DNA from: Lingula anatina
Taxonomy: Eukaryota; Animalia; Brachiopoda
Direction: 5' to 3'
Assembly: GCA_051362555.1 (NCBI GenBank)
Contig: CM120649.1
Span: 1,984,001 to 2,048,000 of the forward strand
Length of the DNA stretch: 64,000 nt
The notes under the pieces are model-generated. The model was not told the DNA's origin. It saw only the letters and a program-made list of their open reading frames with translations, and ran no database searches. The position numbers and the translations under genes were made by a program. Shown here piece after piece: positions 12,201 through 24,300 of the stretch; position 1 is the stretch's first letter, and the number at the start of each line of letters is the position of its first letter.

Positions 12201-12929
12201 TTTAGGGGAGGGGGGTGGGGGTCGGCTTCGCATCCGCGACCCCCCCCCCCCTCAAATTATCCTGGCTCCGCCCCTGTATACACAATATTTATTGTGAACA
12301 ATACCTCTCATCAGGAGGCACATGATCATCATAATCATAATGCTTGCTTAATTAGATTTAAATGAAGATCTGCTTTCTTTACGGTTAATAAACATAATTT
12401 TTCAATAATAAAATAGTCGTTCATTGCCACATTTTTCCTGCGAGTAGCGTTGTGCGATTTCATAATACTGACAGCGAGAAAAATATAATTCTACTTAGGA
12501 CCCATGAAAACAAACTATGCGTCGACGTCCTTTTTATGTTTTCTTTGAAGTCAAGTGCCCATTTCAACATTGTATTCAAAGCAGTTGCACAACTTCATTC
12601 TTTGAATTTCGTTCTCCCAGACAAATACCTATTGTCACGACTTTAGATTAAACATTTCCTTACTCAATGTTTTATTTTTTATAGTAAAATCGTAAACAGT
12701 TATTGAAATATTAAAATTAGGGCCTACATTTTGTTCATTTTTAAATTGCTTCAAATGACTCGCTTTCTTTTATTTAGATGTCTTGTATAAATTTTTAAAA
12801 GTTAGTAGGGTTATTCAAAGTCGTAATTTCAATATCGGTGGGTTAATTCGAATCTGCCTTTCTCTTGATTTAGGCATTCATCAGAAAGCGCTTTTGGACA
12901 CTTCAGCTTCAATATTCTTAGTCTTTGTT

Positions 12930-13955
12930 TCACTTGGGGGTATGCATGCACCCACAGCAACACATTGATTTAAGAGTGCATCGAAACTTTTTACCGAACA
13001 ATCCGTAAATGAAAAAATTCACAGAAGAGTTTAGCACTGCTAAGAGTTTTACCACTTGGAAAGATAGCGGTATATTCCTTTTAATATTCTGTGGCAGTGC
13101 TTCCGAATAGAAGCCAAAACCAAAAGAGAAACAATACACCAGGTGGAAAACGACGGCGATCAGAATAACAATCTTTGTCATTTCTTTGTGAATGGACAAT
13201 TTTTGCGCGGAAAGCGCTTCACGGCGTTTGGATAGTTCACGCAGTCTGCGTATTATTCGCACATTGCATATCATCATAAATGAAAAAGGAAAAAGGAAAT
13301 AAAAAAGCACGTGAAAAGCAAGCCAAGTGATCCTTTGCTCAGGAAAACGGACAACGGGTGGTTTGAAGCAAAATGGATAGGTCTTGTTCAACGAACAAGA
13401 CTGAAATCCAATTGAAACAACGAAGAAATACTTCGGTATAGCGCCAATGAAAGAGCCGATGACCACGACTACTACCCACCCAACCCATGACTTCAGTGAT
13501 GATCTCGATATATTCAGGAGCTGTGAAACTGACGAGCAAATCAGACGGTAGCGGTCGACGGTAACAAGAACGCACATCCAAATTGGTATAAGAACGAGAC
13601 AGTTGTTGAGTGTCCAAAGCACTCGTGTATGTTTCGCAATAAAGGGAAGGGTCCCGGGTATTAGCTCAATGTAGGAGAATATGGACGGGATGCTGATACT
13701 GAATGTTTGCGAAAGGAGATACAAATTATCAGCAACTGCCAAGCAACTGAGCAGAAAATTCGATGAATTTTGGATCTTAAAATTTCGAAACACAACAAAA
13801 GACGTCGTGTTCAAAATGAATCCAACCACAGCTATGAAGAAAGCGAAAACTCCACCAACGAAATAAACAAGCACTTTGTCATCCAATCCCCCCTCTACCC
13901 CAGTATTATTTGAACTGATATTTGGAAAATCTACCGTCGACTCAGTCTCATTCAT
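12930..13955 (-). CDS. Class A GPCR copy 3 (341 aa, two in-frame deletions)
   Basis: Intact ORF; lacks NVDY near the N-terminus and FSL in TM6 relative to the other copies. Confidence 0.88.
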   Translation of the reverse strand: MNETESTVDFPNISSNNTGVEGGLDDKVLVYFVGGVFAFFIAVVGFILNTTSFVVFRNFKIQNSSNFLLSCLAVADNLYLLSQTFSISIPSIFSYIELIPGTLPFIAKHTRVLWTLNNCLVLIPIWMCVLVTVDRYRLICSSVSQLLNISRSSLKSWVGWVVVVVIGSFIGAIPKYFFVVSIGFQSCSLNKTYPFCFKPPVVRFPEQRITWLAFHVLFYFLFPFSFMMICNVRIIRRLRELSKRREALSAQKLSIHKEMTKIVILIAVVFHLVYCFSFGFGFYSEALPQNIKRNIPLSFQVVKLLAVLNSSVNFFIYGLFGKKFRCTLKSMCCCGCMHTPK

Positions 13956-16900
13956 ATTTTAAACCAATTGTGCTTACCTCTGTGTCTCAGCTCACCCCAG
14001 GTGCTCGTTCATGTACAAGAAGCAAGTGAACGAAATTTGAAATCATCATGTTTATATGGACGTCCATACAACGAATTCATTATTTACGTCTTAGGTGTTT
14101 TCTAGCAATCTTGCCAAAATCGTCATAAGGGAAATTATTTTGCGCTGCCTAATCCCGTCATGCTGTCATTTCACTGAATTTCTTCGTCTCAAAAATCGCC
14201 TTACTGCTCATATAATAAACATTGCTGACAATAATTATAACAGAAGATCTGGAAGATTAAAATCCCTGCAAGGGCCTTAATATTGTAGATTACATATACA
14301 GAGCAGACCGGGGGCGCGTCTCAGACAATAGTTTCAAGTTTTACAATTGATCCACAATAAAGTTTGCATATTTTGACGGATTAGGCTATTGGGAGCACTG
14401 TCAGTGAATGCACTAACAAGACGGCCACACTTTGACCAAGGGGTGCAGTTAAAAGACTAAGGTTATTTGTGAAACGCATCATAATTCGTTGGTATTCTCA
14501 GCAGTTTTTGCTGCTATTGGCATGAAACTCGCGTCGTGAGGAGAAAGCTGGTGATATTTTCTTGATTACTTCGATTTTTAATGCTTCCACACCTGCGGAC
14601 TTAATCATCCACCTGTATTGTTTTTCGTCATCAAACAGCTAGTCTTTGCCACCAAGCTTTCCCTTAATACTTGATGTTTTATTTCTCTTATCCTGTATCA
14701 AGCATGATATCAAATATCCATTATGATTTATATACAGCAATTTTATTTTTCCAGGTAATTATTTGGTAGAAGTAGAAGAAACCAGTAGAAATGGGATTTA
14801 TTGGTTTGGTACAACCATTGCTTTGCCTTCACATTATCCGCTGTTTCGGCTCTCAAACCTAGATGTAATTGTTCACTAGTTATTCGTTATGAGCATGAAT
14901 CTGGTCATTACAAAATGTAATAACCAACAGTTGCAGTCATGTAAGGGAGGTTTTCTACTGGATTCAGGCCCGTGCCTGTTAGCAGGTGACCAAGAACTGA
15001 CCACACAACCGAAAATATTTAAATAAAGACGACTTTATCTGTATCTTTCTAAGAAAGAAAATCGCCTTGTTTAGTTGATGTTGAACAATCCACATATTGC
15101 TGATCTTCCGGCCTCTAACAACATAAAACAAAAAAGGAAACTGTCATCTTCAGCAAGAATGAACTATGTTTAAAAATCCCTGCGAAACTTAAACACTTTA
15201 GCTTTAGGCTCTGTACGCATCCCTTATTTGGAGTGTCCCCAAATCGGTAAACTACATTGTAAATACCCGAACATATATGAACAGCTGTGCACAAGGCATT
15301 TGGTGCAAGGACGTATAATCACCGCTGAATTTTAATTGCATGTATGTAACGCAGGTAAAGGTGGAGATTCTGAAGTAACGTTAGTATAGGGTCCCCAGGC
15401 ACTATTAAGGTCTAAAAATTTAGTCACACATTTTAAATAACAACATGTAAGAAAAAAAACATAACTTCGTGAATAATAATCTTATCAGGCTGGTTTTTGA
15501 ACTCAAGCTGATTGATTAGTCTCACAAATCTTTTCTGTAAACTTGAGAATTATCAGTACATGTAGTATACCACTGCTCAGACTGTGGTGCCCTTTTGTTC
15601 CTCATACTTACATGGCCAAACGTCCTGAAACAATTTATAAGTTTTGGAAAGGAAAATGAAAGTTTCCATTAATAACTAAAAATCAACTGTTTTTTTTTTT
15701 AACACAAACAAATAATGCACAATACACGTGTTCCACAGGGATATAGACCTACACGACAATATTCACACATCAGTGTTATCCTCTACCAGGGCCGCAGTTA
15801 TTATTGTGTGGACATTTTGGGCTGAGGCGAGTACGGAGAATAAAATATATAACCAGAGACAAAGGCCTACGCAATTACCTACCAGACTTGGCACCGAATG
15901 GTCCTTTATACACCGGTAGATCGGACCACATTACCCGCTTCGAAATATCAGTCGCACCGCCGCTCTTGTCTAGTGCGCAGTGTGATAGTGATGATTCTTA
16001 GCGGGGTTGGACCGTAGTGCATCTCATCTCAGAATTTGTTCCGTGGTATGATACTGTGAAATGCGAACTGACGCACACCTTGAAAACGGGTAGTGTGGTC
16101 CGGTCTACCGATGAATTCGAGATCATTCGGTGCCGAGTCTGGTAGTTGGGTAGACCTGAGTCATATTTGTGAATATGTAGTGAAAATCAATCTGTGGCCC
16201 TGGTAGAGAGTACATCAGCGAATGCCATATACTAATATACAATTTTATACAGGACATCGCAGTAAAAGAAAGCGAGTCATTTGAATCAAATTAAAAATGC
16301 ATAAAATGTAGGCCCGAATTTTAATATTTCAATAACTATTTACGATTTTACTATAAAAAAATAAAACATTGAGCAAGAAAACGTTTAATCTGAAGTTGTA
16401 ACAATAGGTATATGGCTAGAAGAACAATTTTGGGAGAATTGTGTTATAATTTTAATCATGGGTGCAAAAATAAAACACCGGAAAGAGATGCTGGATTAAG
16501 CTTGTACAACTGCATTTCAATACACATAATTTTTTTTCTGTTAACGGGCCTAAATTAAAAAATTACACAAAATTACAGGACACAAAATCATCCTCACAGA
16601 GGCAGTACATATGTGACAGTGGCGGATTAAGAGGGGTGTGAGGGGGGTTCTGACCCCCCCCCCCTCTAGATTTTTGAAAAAAAAATCACACAAATGGTCC
16701 CCTCTTGAAACTAGAATCTTGACTAGCTGAATCGTAGTTCTAAACCGTACCAAATGGCACCGTTCGTCCTCTAAAATGCCAATTTTTGGGCCCTTCTGCG
16801 CATCCGCGACCCCCCCCCCCTCAAATTATCCTGGCTCCGCCCCTGTATACACAATATTTATTGTGAACAATATCTCTCATCAGGAGGCACATGATCATCA

Positions 16901-17494
16901 TAATCATAATGCTTAATCAGATTTAAATGAAGATCTGCTTTCTTTACGGTTAATAAACATAATTTTTCAATAATAAAATAGTCGTTCATTGCCACATTTT
17001 TCCTGCGAGTAGCGTTGTGCGATTTCATAATACTGACAGCGAGAAAAATATAATTCTACTTAAGACCCATGAAAACGAACTATGCGTCGACGTCCTTTTT
17101 ATGTTTTCTTTGAAGTCAAGTGCCCATTTCAACATTGTATTCAAAGCAGTTGCACAACTTCATTCTTTGAATTTCGTTCTCCCAGACAATTACCTATTGT
17201 CACGACTTCAGATTAAACATTTCCTTGCTCAATGTTTTATTTTTTATAGTAAAATCGTAAACAGTTATTGAAATATTAAAATTAGGGCCTACATTTTGTT
17301 CATTTTTAAATTGCTTCAAATGACTCGCTTTCTTTTACTTAGATGTCTTGTATAAATTTTTAAAAGTTAGTAGGGTTATTCAAAGTCGTAATTTCAATAT
17401 CGGTGGGTTAATTCGAATCTGCCTTTCTCTTGATTTAGGCATTCATCAGAAAGCGCTTTTGGACACTTCAGCTTCAATATTCTTAGTCTTTGTT

Positions 17495-18539
17495 TCAATT
17501 GGGGGTATGCATGCACCCACAGCAACACATTGATTTAAGAGTGAATCGAAACTTTTTACCGAACAATCCATAAATGAAAAAATTCACAGAAGAGTTTAGC
17601 ACTGCTAAGAGGTTGGAAAAGGAAAGATAGCGGTATATTCCTTTTAATATTCTGTGGCAGAACTTCCGGATAGAATCCAATTGCAAAAGAACAACAATAC
17701 ACCAGATGGAAAACCAGAGAAAAGACGGCGATCAGAATAACAATTTTTGTCATTTCTTTGTGAATGGACAATTTTTGCGCGGAAAGCGCTTCACGGCGTT
17801 TCGATAGTTCACGCAGTCTGCGTATTATGCGAACATTGCATATCATCATAAATGAAAAAGGAAAAAGAAAATAAAAAAGAGCGTGAAAAGCAAGCCAAGT
17901 GATCTTTTGCTCAGGAAAACGGACAACGGGTAGTTTGAAGCAAAATGGATAGGTCTTGTTCAACGAACAAGACTGAAATCCCATAGAAACAACGAAGAAA
18001 TATTTCGGTATAACGCTTATGAAAGAGCCAGTGACCACGACTACTACCCACCCCACCCATGACTTCAGTGACGATCTCGAGGTATTCAGGAGCTGTGAAA
18101 CTGACGAGGAAATCAGACGGTAGCGGTCGACGGTAACAAGAACGCACATCCAAATTGGTATAAGAACGAGACAGTTGTTGAGTGTCCAAAGCACTCGTGT
18201 ATGTTTCGCAATAAAGGGAAGGGTCCCGGGTATTAGCTCATTGTAGGAGAATATGGACGGGATGCTGATACAGAATGTTTGCGAAAGAAGATACAAATTA
18301 TCAGCAACTGCCAAGCAACTGAGCAGAAAAGTCGATGAATTTTGGTTCTTAAAATTTCGAAACACAACAAAAGACGTCGTGTTTAAAATGAATCCAACCA
18401 CAGCAACGAAGAGAGCGAAGACCCCACCAACGAAATGTACAAGCTCTTTGTAATCTACATTATCATCCAATCCCCCCTCTACCCCAGTATTATTTGACCT
18501 GATATTTGGAAAATCTACCGTCGACTCAGTCTCATTCAT
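17495..18539 (-). pseudogene. Class A GPCR copy 4, frameshifted in TM7
   Basis: At ~17615-17620 GGAAAA replaces TACCACTT (net -2 nt). The NSSVNFFIY...CCCGCMHTPN tail therefore lies in another frame (ORF 17495-17686). Confidence 0.8.
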
Positions 18540-20040
18540 ACTTTAAACATGTCCTGCTTACCTTTGTGTCTCAGCTTACCCCAGGTGCTCGTTCATGTAC
18601 AAGAAGCAAGTGAACGAAATTTGAAATCACCATGCTTATATGGACGTCCATACAACGAATTCAGTATTTACGTCTTACAATCTTACCAAAATAGTCATTT
18701 GGCTTTTAATAAGGGAAATTATTATGCGCTAAATAATCCCGTCATGGTGTCATTTCACAAAATTTCTTCGTCTCAAAAAGCGTCTTACTGCTTATATAAT
18801 TTATATTGCTGGCGTTAATTGTAACAGAGGAAGATCTAGAAGATTAAAAGCTATGTGAGAGCATTGGAATTATGTAAAATTTATGCGTCACACCAGTACA
18901 GGGGCGCGTCTCAGACGAAAGTTTCAAGTTTCTACATTTCCTCTATGTAGACTAATAACGATACTAAGTCTGCCCAAGAATAGAAAATAGCCCATGATTA
19001 GTTGATATATGATAATCCACATTACATTGATCTAATCGCCTCTAACAACACAAAAACAAGAAAGAGAATGCTAAGAACAACTTTTCAACAAACAAATGCA
19101 AAACTAGCTCTTATCTGGTGCAAGATTGAAGTACGTTAAAAAATTCCAACTTAAAAAACACTTGGCTTTAGTCTGATACTATGTACACATCCCTTATTCT
19201 ATCACTAGGCTAGGAGAAACAACAAAGTTGTATTCAGGTTCCAAAAATAGATAAATGGATTAAAAATAAAATAAAATAAAATAAAATAAAATAAAAAGGG
19301 TCATTTAGACCAGCCTCGCAAGTACATGTATATAACAGACTTGACATTCAATATGGTATGTTAATTTTTCAAATCATTTTTCTTCAGTTTTTCCTATTTT
19401 ACTGACTGATAAATGAACATAAGGATAAAATCCGAGCTTTCATAACTTTTAATTATCTCTTTGATATCTGTAAACTCTATTTTGACTAGTTGAGCGGTAC
19501 AGGTGAAATCTGACCTCAATAAAGAAAGCTATGCGGTTTTAGTGTTTTACCCAGAAACGGTCACGTTCCCTTATTCATTAGAGAAACAGACTACGATGTT
19601 TTGCTTTTTACCATCCCCAGAAATGCGCTGCATGACGTCACACCTAGCCCACTGCGCATGCGTGCATTTTAATGAGTTGTTAGATTGCCATAGGAAAATG
19701 AATGGGTTCGCGATTTCGTGGGTAATTCGCGATAATTGACAAACTTACGGCCTGATGCCGATAGACAGCAACGCTGTGCTATGCTTCAAGCAACTCCTGA
19801 CCAAATATCGCTAGGGTTTTTAAAAAAATTCTGTTGTACACACGTACTAAGAAGTGTGCTGTGCATTGCCTAGCCTACCCTCAGCAAAACGCACATATTT
19901 TCACAAATAGTGATTTTAGACGTTGATTCACTCAGAAACAAAGGCAAACTAATTCGTTGCCGATAGCACCAGCAGATAACAGCACCATACAGAGTCTGAT
20001 TAAAAATTTTCATAGCAATTTAAGAACTTTTACCACTGTA

Positions 20041-21556
20041 CAATGGAGTCCAAAAAAGCACTTGGCACAAATGTGAAACTGCCCAGTGCAAGGCCAAGAA
20101 TTCAATCAGTATTTTCAATTATATTATCAGATTCTACATAAATTGCCTGAAAATATCACTACTCAGTATTTAACTAATCTCTTAATCCAAAATTCCTATC
20201 ATCATTTAATAATTGTTACATAATGCAAAATTCTTCTTTCAGATTGCTATTTATTTAAAATTTTAATGCTGCAACTGTTCCAAAATAATGTTGTAGTAAG
20301 GGAAAAATGCAAATAAGAAGAGGAAGACCAATTTTACCCACATTATTCAATTATTTGAATATAAAAAGAATAAGATCACGATTTAACAAATTAAAATAAT
20401 CTTTTATTAACTCTTTCATGAATAACATATTAAACAAAATTAAAGTTATAAATTAGTGGTAATGGCTTATTCTGGAATATATGACCTCTGCACATCATCA
20501 GTTCCTGACTTGGTACAGTATAGTTACTACTTGAATACAGAGTTAGATTTAATTATGTAACAATAAGAACAATATACATGTATATTACAATCAACTTCTC
20601 TCCACATGTCAGACGCTTGTTACCATGAACTAACACTACTTGACAATGGGCTGAGCACTTATCACAGAGTCTGTGTGCGATGCCATTGTTGTGGTGTGAT
20701 TGGCTACTTGAGTCACGTGAAGCCCTACTGTAGCGCCCTCGCGTATCGCGTGAATGCTGCGCATTTCTGGCCATGCAATGGCTTCCTCAGAAGTCGCCTG
20801 GTGTTCGTACCTGCTAAGACCAGTTTGTTCACTAAGGGTGTTCACTGGTGGTAAGATGCCGATACATTGGGTGTGGTTTCTGTGTAGGTACATCAGTCTG
20901 GGCATTACTCTATAAAACTGTGCGGACCGCTCCGTGCGACACGATAATCTGTCTGGCAATGTCTGTCTTTTTCGCCCCATTCTGGCACAGATTAACAATT
21001 TTTTAAAACACTGCTTTACTCATTTTACACATTACAAAACCAGCCGCTTGCATTCAAATTTTCAAATTGTTCTATGCCCTAGTTACCGACATATGGAAAC
21101 TTTTTTTGACAGAACCATGCTTCGCCAAAGCAAAGCCTTGACCAGCCCATGGGAGCACTACCCAATTAAATCACTGCATATTACACAATGCAGCAGTGCA
21201 ACAGTCACGTTTACAAGTCAGTTAATTGGTAGCCACACATCTGACTAAACACTTATCCATTCAAATAAATCTTATATGAATTTTTTTTTTCCAGGTATAA
21301 CTTTAAAATTGAAATGTTCCGTTTTCAACGTCAAGTCTGTATTTACGTCAGCCACTTTCTTGGCGTTGTGAAATTTAGTCACTTTACACGAGCATGTGAT
21401 CAAATTGTGTACGTCATTCTCAGTTACCCACGATAATTCGCCTTTTAATACAATAACAAAACATTCTGAATAAATTTTCGCAAACGACACCAGGACAAAT
21501 TGAATCAAACCAACCAGAATGCAAATGTGCAAACGTTTATGCCATTAAGTATGTAT
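20041..21556 (-). mobile_element. Degenerate Tc1/mariner transposon with N-terminal transposase remnants
   Basis: Minus strand from 21023 reads MSKAVF*KIVNLCQNGAKKTDIARQIIVSHGAVRTVL*SNAQTDVPTQKPHP (paired-like HTH). After a frameshift it reads VNKLVLAGTNTRRLLRKPL (second HTH, RRPxRKPL-like). A TA-CAATGGAGTCCAAAAAAG Tc1-like end lies at 20041. The right end is uncertain and no DDE domain was seen. Confidence 0.6.
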
Positions 21557-23079
21557 ATCTTAACCATCACTATGTATTTTCTGTATCATGTATCGTGTTA
21601 GTTACATTGAATGTTCACATGCAAGAGAAATGTGAATAAGGTCTGCAGTAGGCCTACATATGTTATATGTAGTACACGGAAAAACACTGGCTATGTTTTA
21701 TATAAACGACAGAGACAGCTTGTTGGTACAGAAATGGATTCCCAGCGAGTTTCTTTTGTATACTGGTATTGAAACTGCGCGCCAGGTCACACCCAGCACA
21801 ATCAAACAGGAACACCAAACACATTTGTAATCTTTTCCATAATAATACGTAACATTAACTCCGCCCATTGACCAGCAGCTGTCACATCTTTCCTCTGATG
21901 ACCGAGACGCGTTATGTGACAGTTATGAGACCCAGTGACCTGTAGGCAAAACATAACCATAAAACGACGAAAGATCTGCAGCAAGACGTTCTAGTTCAAC
22001 AGTCCAAGAAGCCTCCTATAAAATCTAAAGGTAGCCTCCATGTATAACAGAAATGATTTAAAATTTGGAATAATAAATGATTCAGGTGCATGGTAATTAT
22101 AGGCTCATTGTGTGTGGAGAACATCACGGGATATCCCTTGTTACAGAGACGGGATCAATTAATTAACTCTAACTATAAGAAATGGTACATGTGTATTTGG
22201 TGGTTCTTTGTGGCAATGATATTTCTTTATTTTGTGCGTGTACTACTCGGCCTGTTAGGGGCGCACTTAATTAAAATACGTTTAAGCAAATCAACAAGGC
22301 ATTTAGTTGGTAAAAATGAGAATAGATTAGATTTAACTGAGTTAAGGTGACATATGAAGCTTGTTTGTCTTATATTCACTAGTCAGGAGTCAGAGATTAT
22401 TAAAATAACCCCTCTATATTGTGTGTATAGTACCCCGGTATGTACATGTAGGGATGGAGCAGACCGTCCAAAAACAATCTTCATCACTAAAACAATCTAA
22501 GGCCCCATTCCCATAGACACATCGGTTAAGCTGATTGCACTTAGCTAGAGTCTCCTTAGAGTTGGGTTGATCTACGTGAATCGACGCGGTCGATCTGTCA
22601 GAATGCGGTCATAGCTAGTTAAATTGAAGACGAGGCAATGACCCTTACGCACGAGTAACCTGGAAGGTCAATGCAGGCCAAAGCACTTCAGCAGACCTCT
22701 GTCCGAAAAGCTGGCCTTAACTTTTAGTCAAGGCTTTTCTTCAAAAAGTCGACTAGCCGTCGATGAGACATTCAGTTTATTTCCCTAGAAAACAGCCGGG
22801 TTGCTTATTAGATTTTGGGGATGTGAGGTTTGGGCTATGTGACTTGTTGGGGCAGGTCAGTGACCTCGGAATTCCCTTAAAGGTATTTCAATGCACCAGG
22901 GTAACTGATGCCCTCCTGAAAATATTCCGCATTGTTAAACAACAGCGCCGCAGTGTACGCAGTCACCCGTCGGACAAACGTTTTAACTCTTAAAAGAGGT
23001 CTTCAAGAATTTAAGCAGCAACAGAGGGGTCAGTATTAATAAAGTAACATGACGTCTGTACAATTGTATTGATGAATTC

Positions 23080-23168
23080 AATTTAATTCAATTCAATTCT
23101 GTAGTGGAACATATATTATCATGACCTTGTATAATACACATGTAATACAATTGGTGGATTACCATTCA
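23080..23168 (-). repeat. Dispersed repeat, probable LINE/SINE 3' end with (TTGAA)n-like tail; second copy ~50510-50610
   Basis: Shared ATTATCATGACCTTGTA ... CAATTGGTG..TTACCATT preceded by AATTCAATT repeats. Confidence 0.5.
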
Positions 23169-23278
23169 ACGTGCTCGTATTATCACCAGTTTTTCTCTAT
23201 ACTACTCGACGCCTGGAGGAGACGTGTTAGTCTGTTAAACTCCCTGTACGCTGGATGGGGTCCTTTCTGCGTTCTTTG

Positions 23279-23437
23279 TGCCCTTAGCAATAGTCCGAAG
23301 GTTCCATAGTCCGAAAGTTTATTGGTCCGAATATTCACTATTAACCTTCGGACCAATGAACCTTTTATTTAAAAAAAAACGATGAAAATGTTACCATTTT
23401 TCGGACCAATGAACGTTCGGACTATCGAGACGCCCCC
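23279..23437. mobile_element. Foldback/MITE with ~15-bp subterminal repeats (TTCGGACYAWTGAACC); inverted copy at 58051-58212
   Basis: The two loci are reverse complements, each with multiple direct and inverted GTCCGAA/TTCGGAC motifs. Confidence 0.75.
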
Positions 23438-23913
23438 ATTTGTGCGACCATGAAATGGCATCGCTGTGCTCGTGAAAAGAGGTACAAGCATCGCTTTGGC
23501 TGTAAAATGAATGCTTTATGTTCGGCCAGTTGTCGGCACGTAAAATTTTTATTTACTCTCAATCGGGGCCGTACTGCAGGACGTACAAAGGACGCAGTCC
23601 AGTGTAAAGAGGCTAAATTAAGTTTAGGCATACGCATATACTAGTCTGTTGCGATCGGAGTCCCCGTGCGCAGTAGCTAGGTCGATAAAATTCATGTTGA
23701 ATGGCCCCAAAGTCTTTAACAGTCCAATTAAACGAAATGGTCCTCCTGTTTTATAACAAGAGGAGACAAATTGCGCAGTCAATATTTCAGCTATCATTGA
23801 TAACTCAAAGATCTGCCAGTCAGTCGTATTTTGAAAAAAAAAAATTAAACGTTGGCCTCAGAGTAACGAGTTCACTAGTATGGTCTGTGACAGGCATGAT
23901 AGAAACTGGAAGA

Positions 23914-24090
23914 ACATTCAGAACAACAGACTAATAGATACCCGGATCAAATATGGCCGACCTTCTTGAATGCTTGTTGCGTAATCCTCGCGGGAAATCT
24001 ATTCAGTGTCTAATCGGGAATAAAGCGGCAAGCTTTTTAGAGGGTCGCCATATTTGATCCGCGGATCTGTTAGTCCGCTGTCCCGAATGC
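23914..24090. mobile_element. Palindromic MITE upstream of the SDR gene; related copy at 43454-43647
   Basis: CATTCAGAACAACAGACTAA..GGATCAAATATGGC / GCCATATTTGATCC..TTAGTCCGCTGTCCCGAATG inverted arms. Confidence 0.65.
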
Positions 24091-24300
24091 ACTTTGAGAT
24101 TCTGTTTCATATTTTACTGAGCCAAAAGATATGCCATTTGTCAAAATAATGTATTCTGGACACAAATCTTCTAATAAAATTATAAGTTGTACTCACACTT
24201 AAGTACACTGGGAACCTTTTTTATGCAATCATCACCGCTTACAATGCATATATTTTGCGATTGGTCTTGGCTTGACTCTGAGCATGCAATCATTTTAGAT

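Larger units (their letters stand above)
3017..19200. repeat. Tandem duplication array, ~4.6 kb unit, three full units plus one partial, one GPCR per unit
   Basis: Homologous starts (TACACAATATT..ATTGTGAACAAT) at ~3018, ~7556, ~12279 and ~16848. Homology fades near 19200. Confidence 0.95.

Noticed and set aside
24187-24300. In-frame N-terminal extension of the SDR
   Set aside because: DHRS11-type proteins start at MxRW, and an acceptor-like TTTTAG lies just before 24301.
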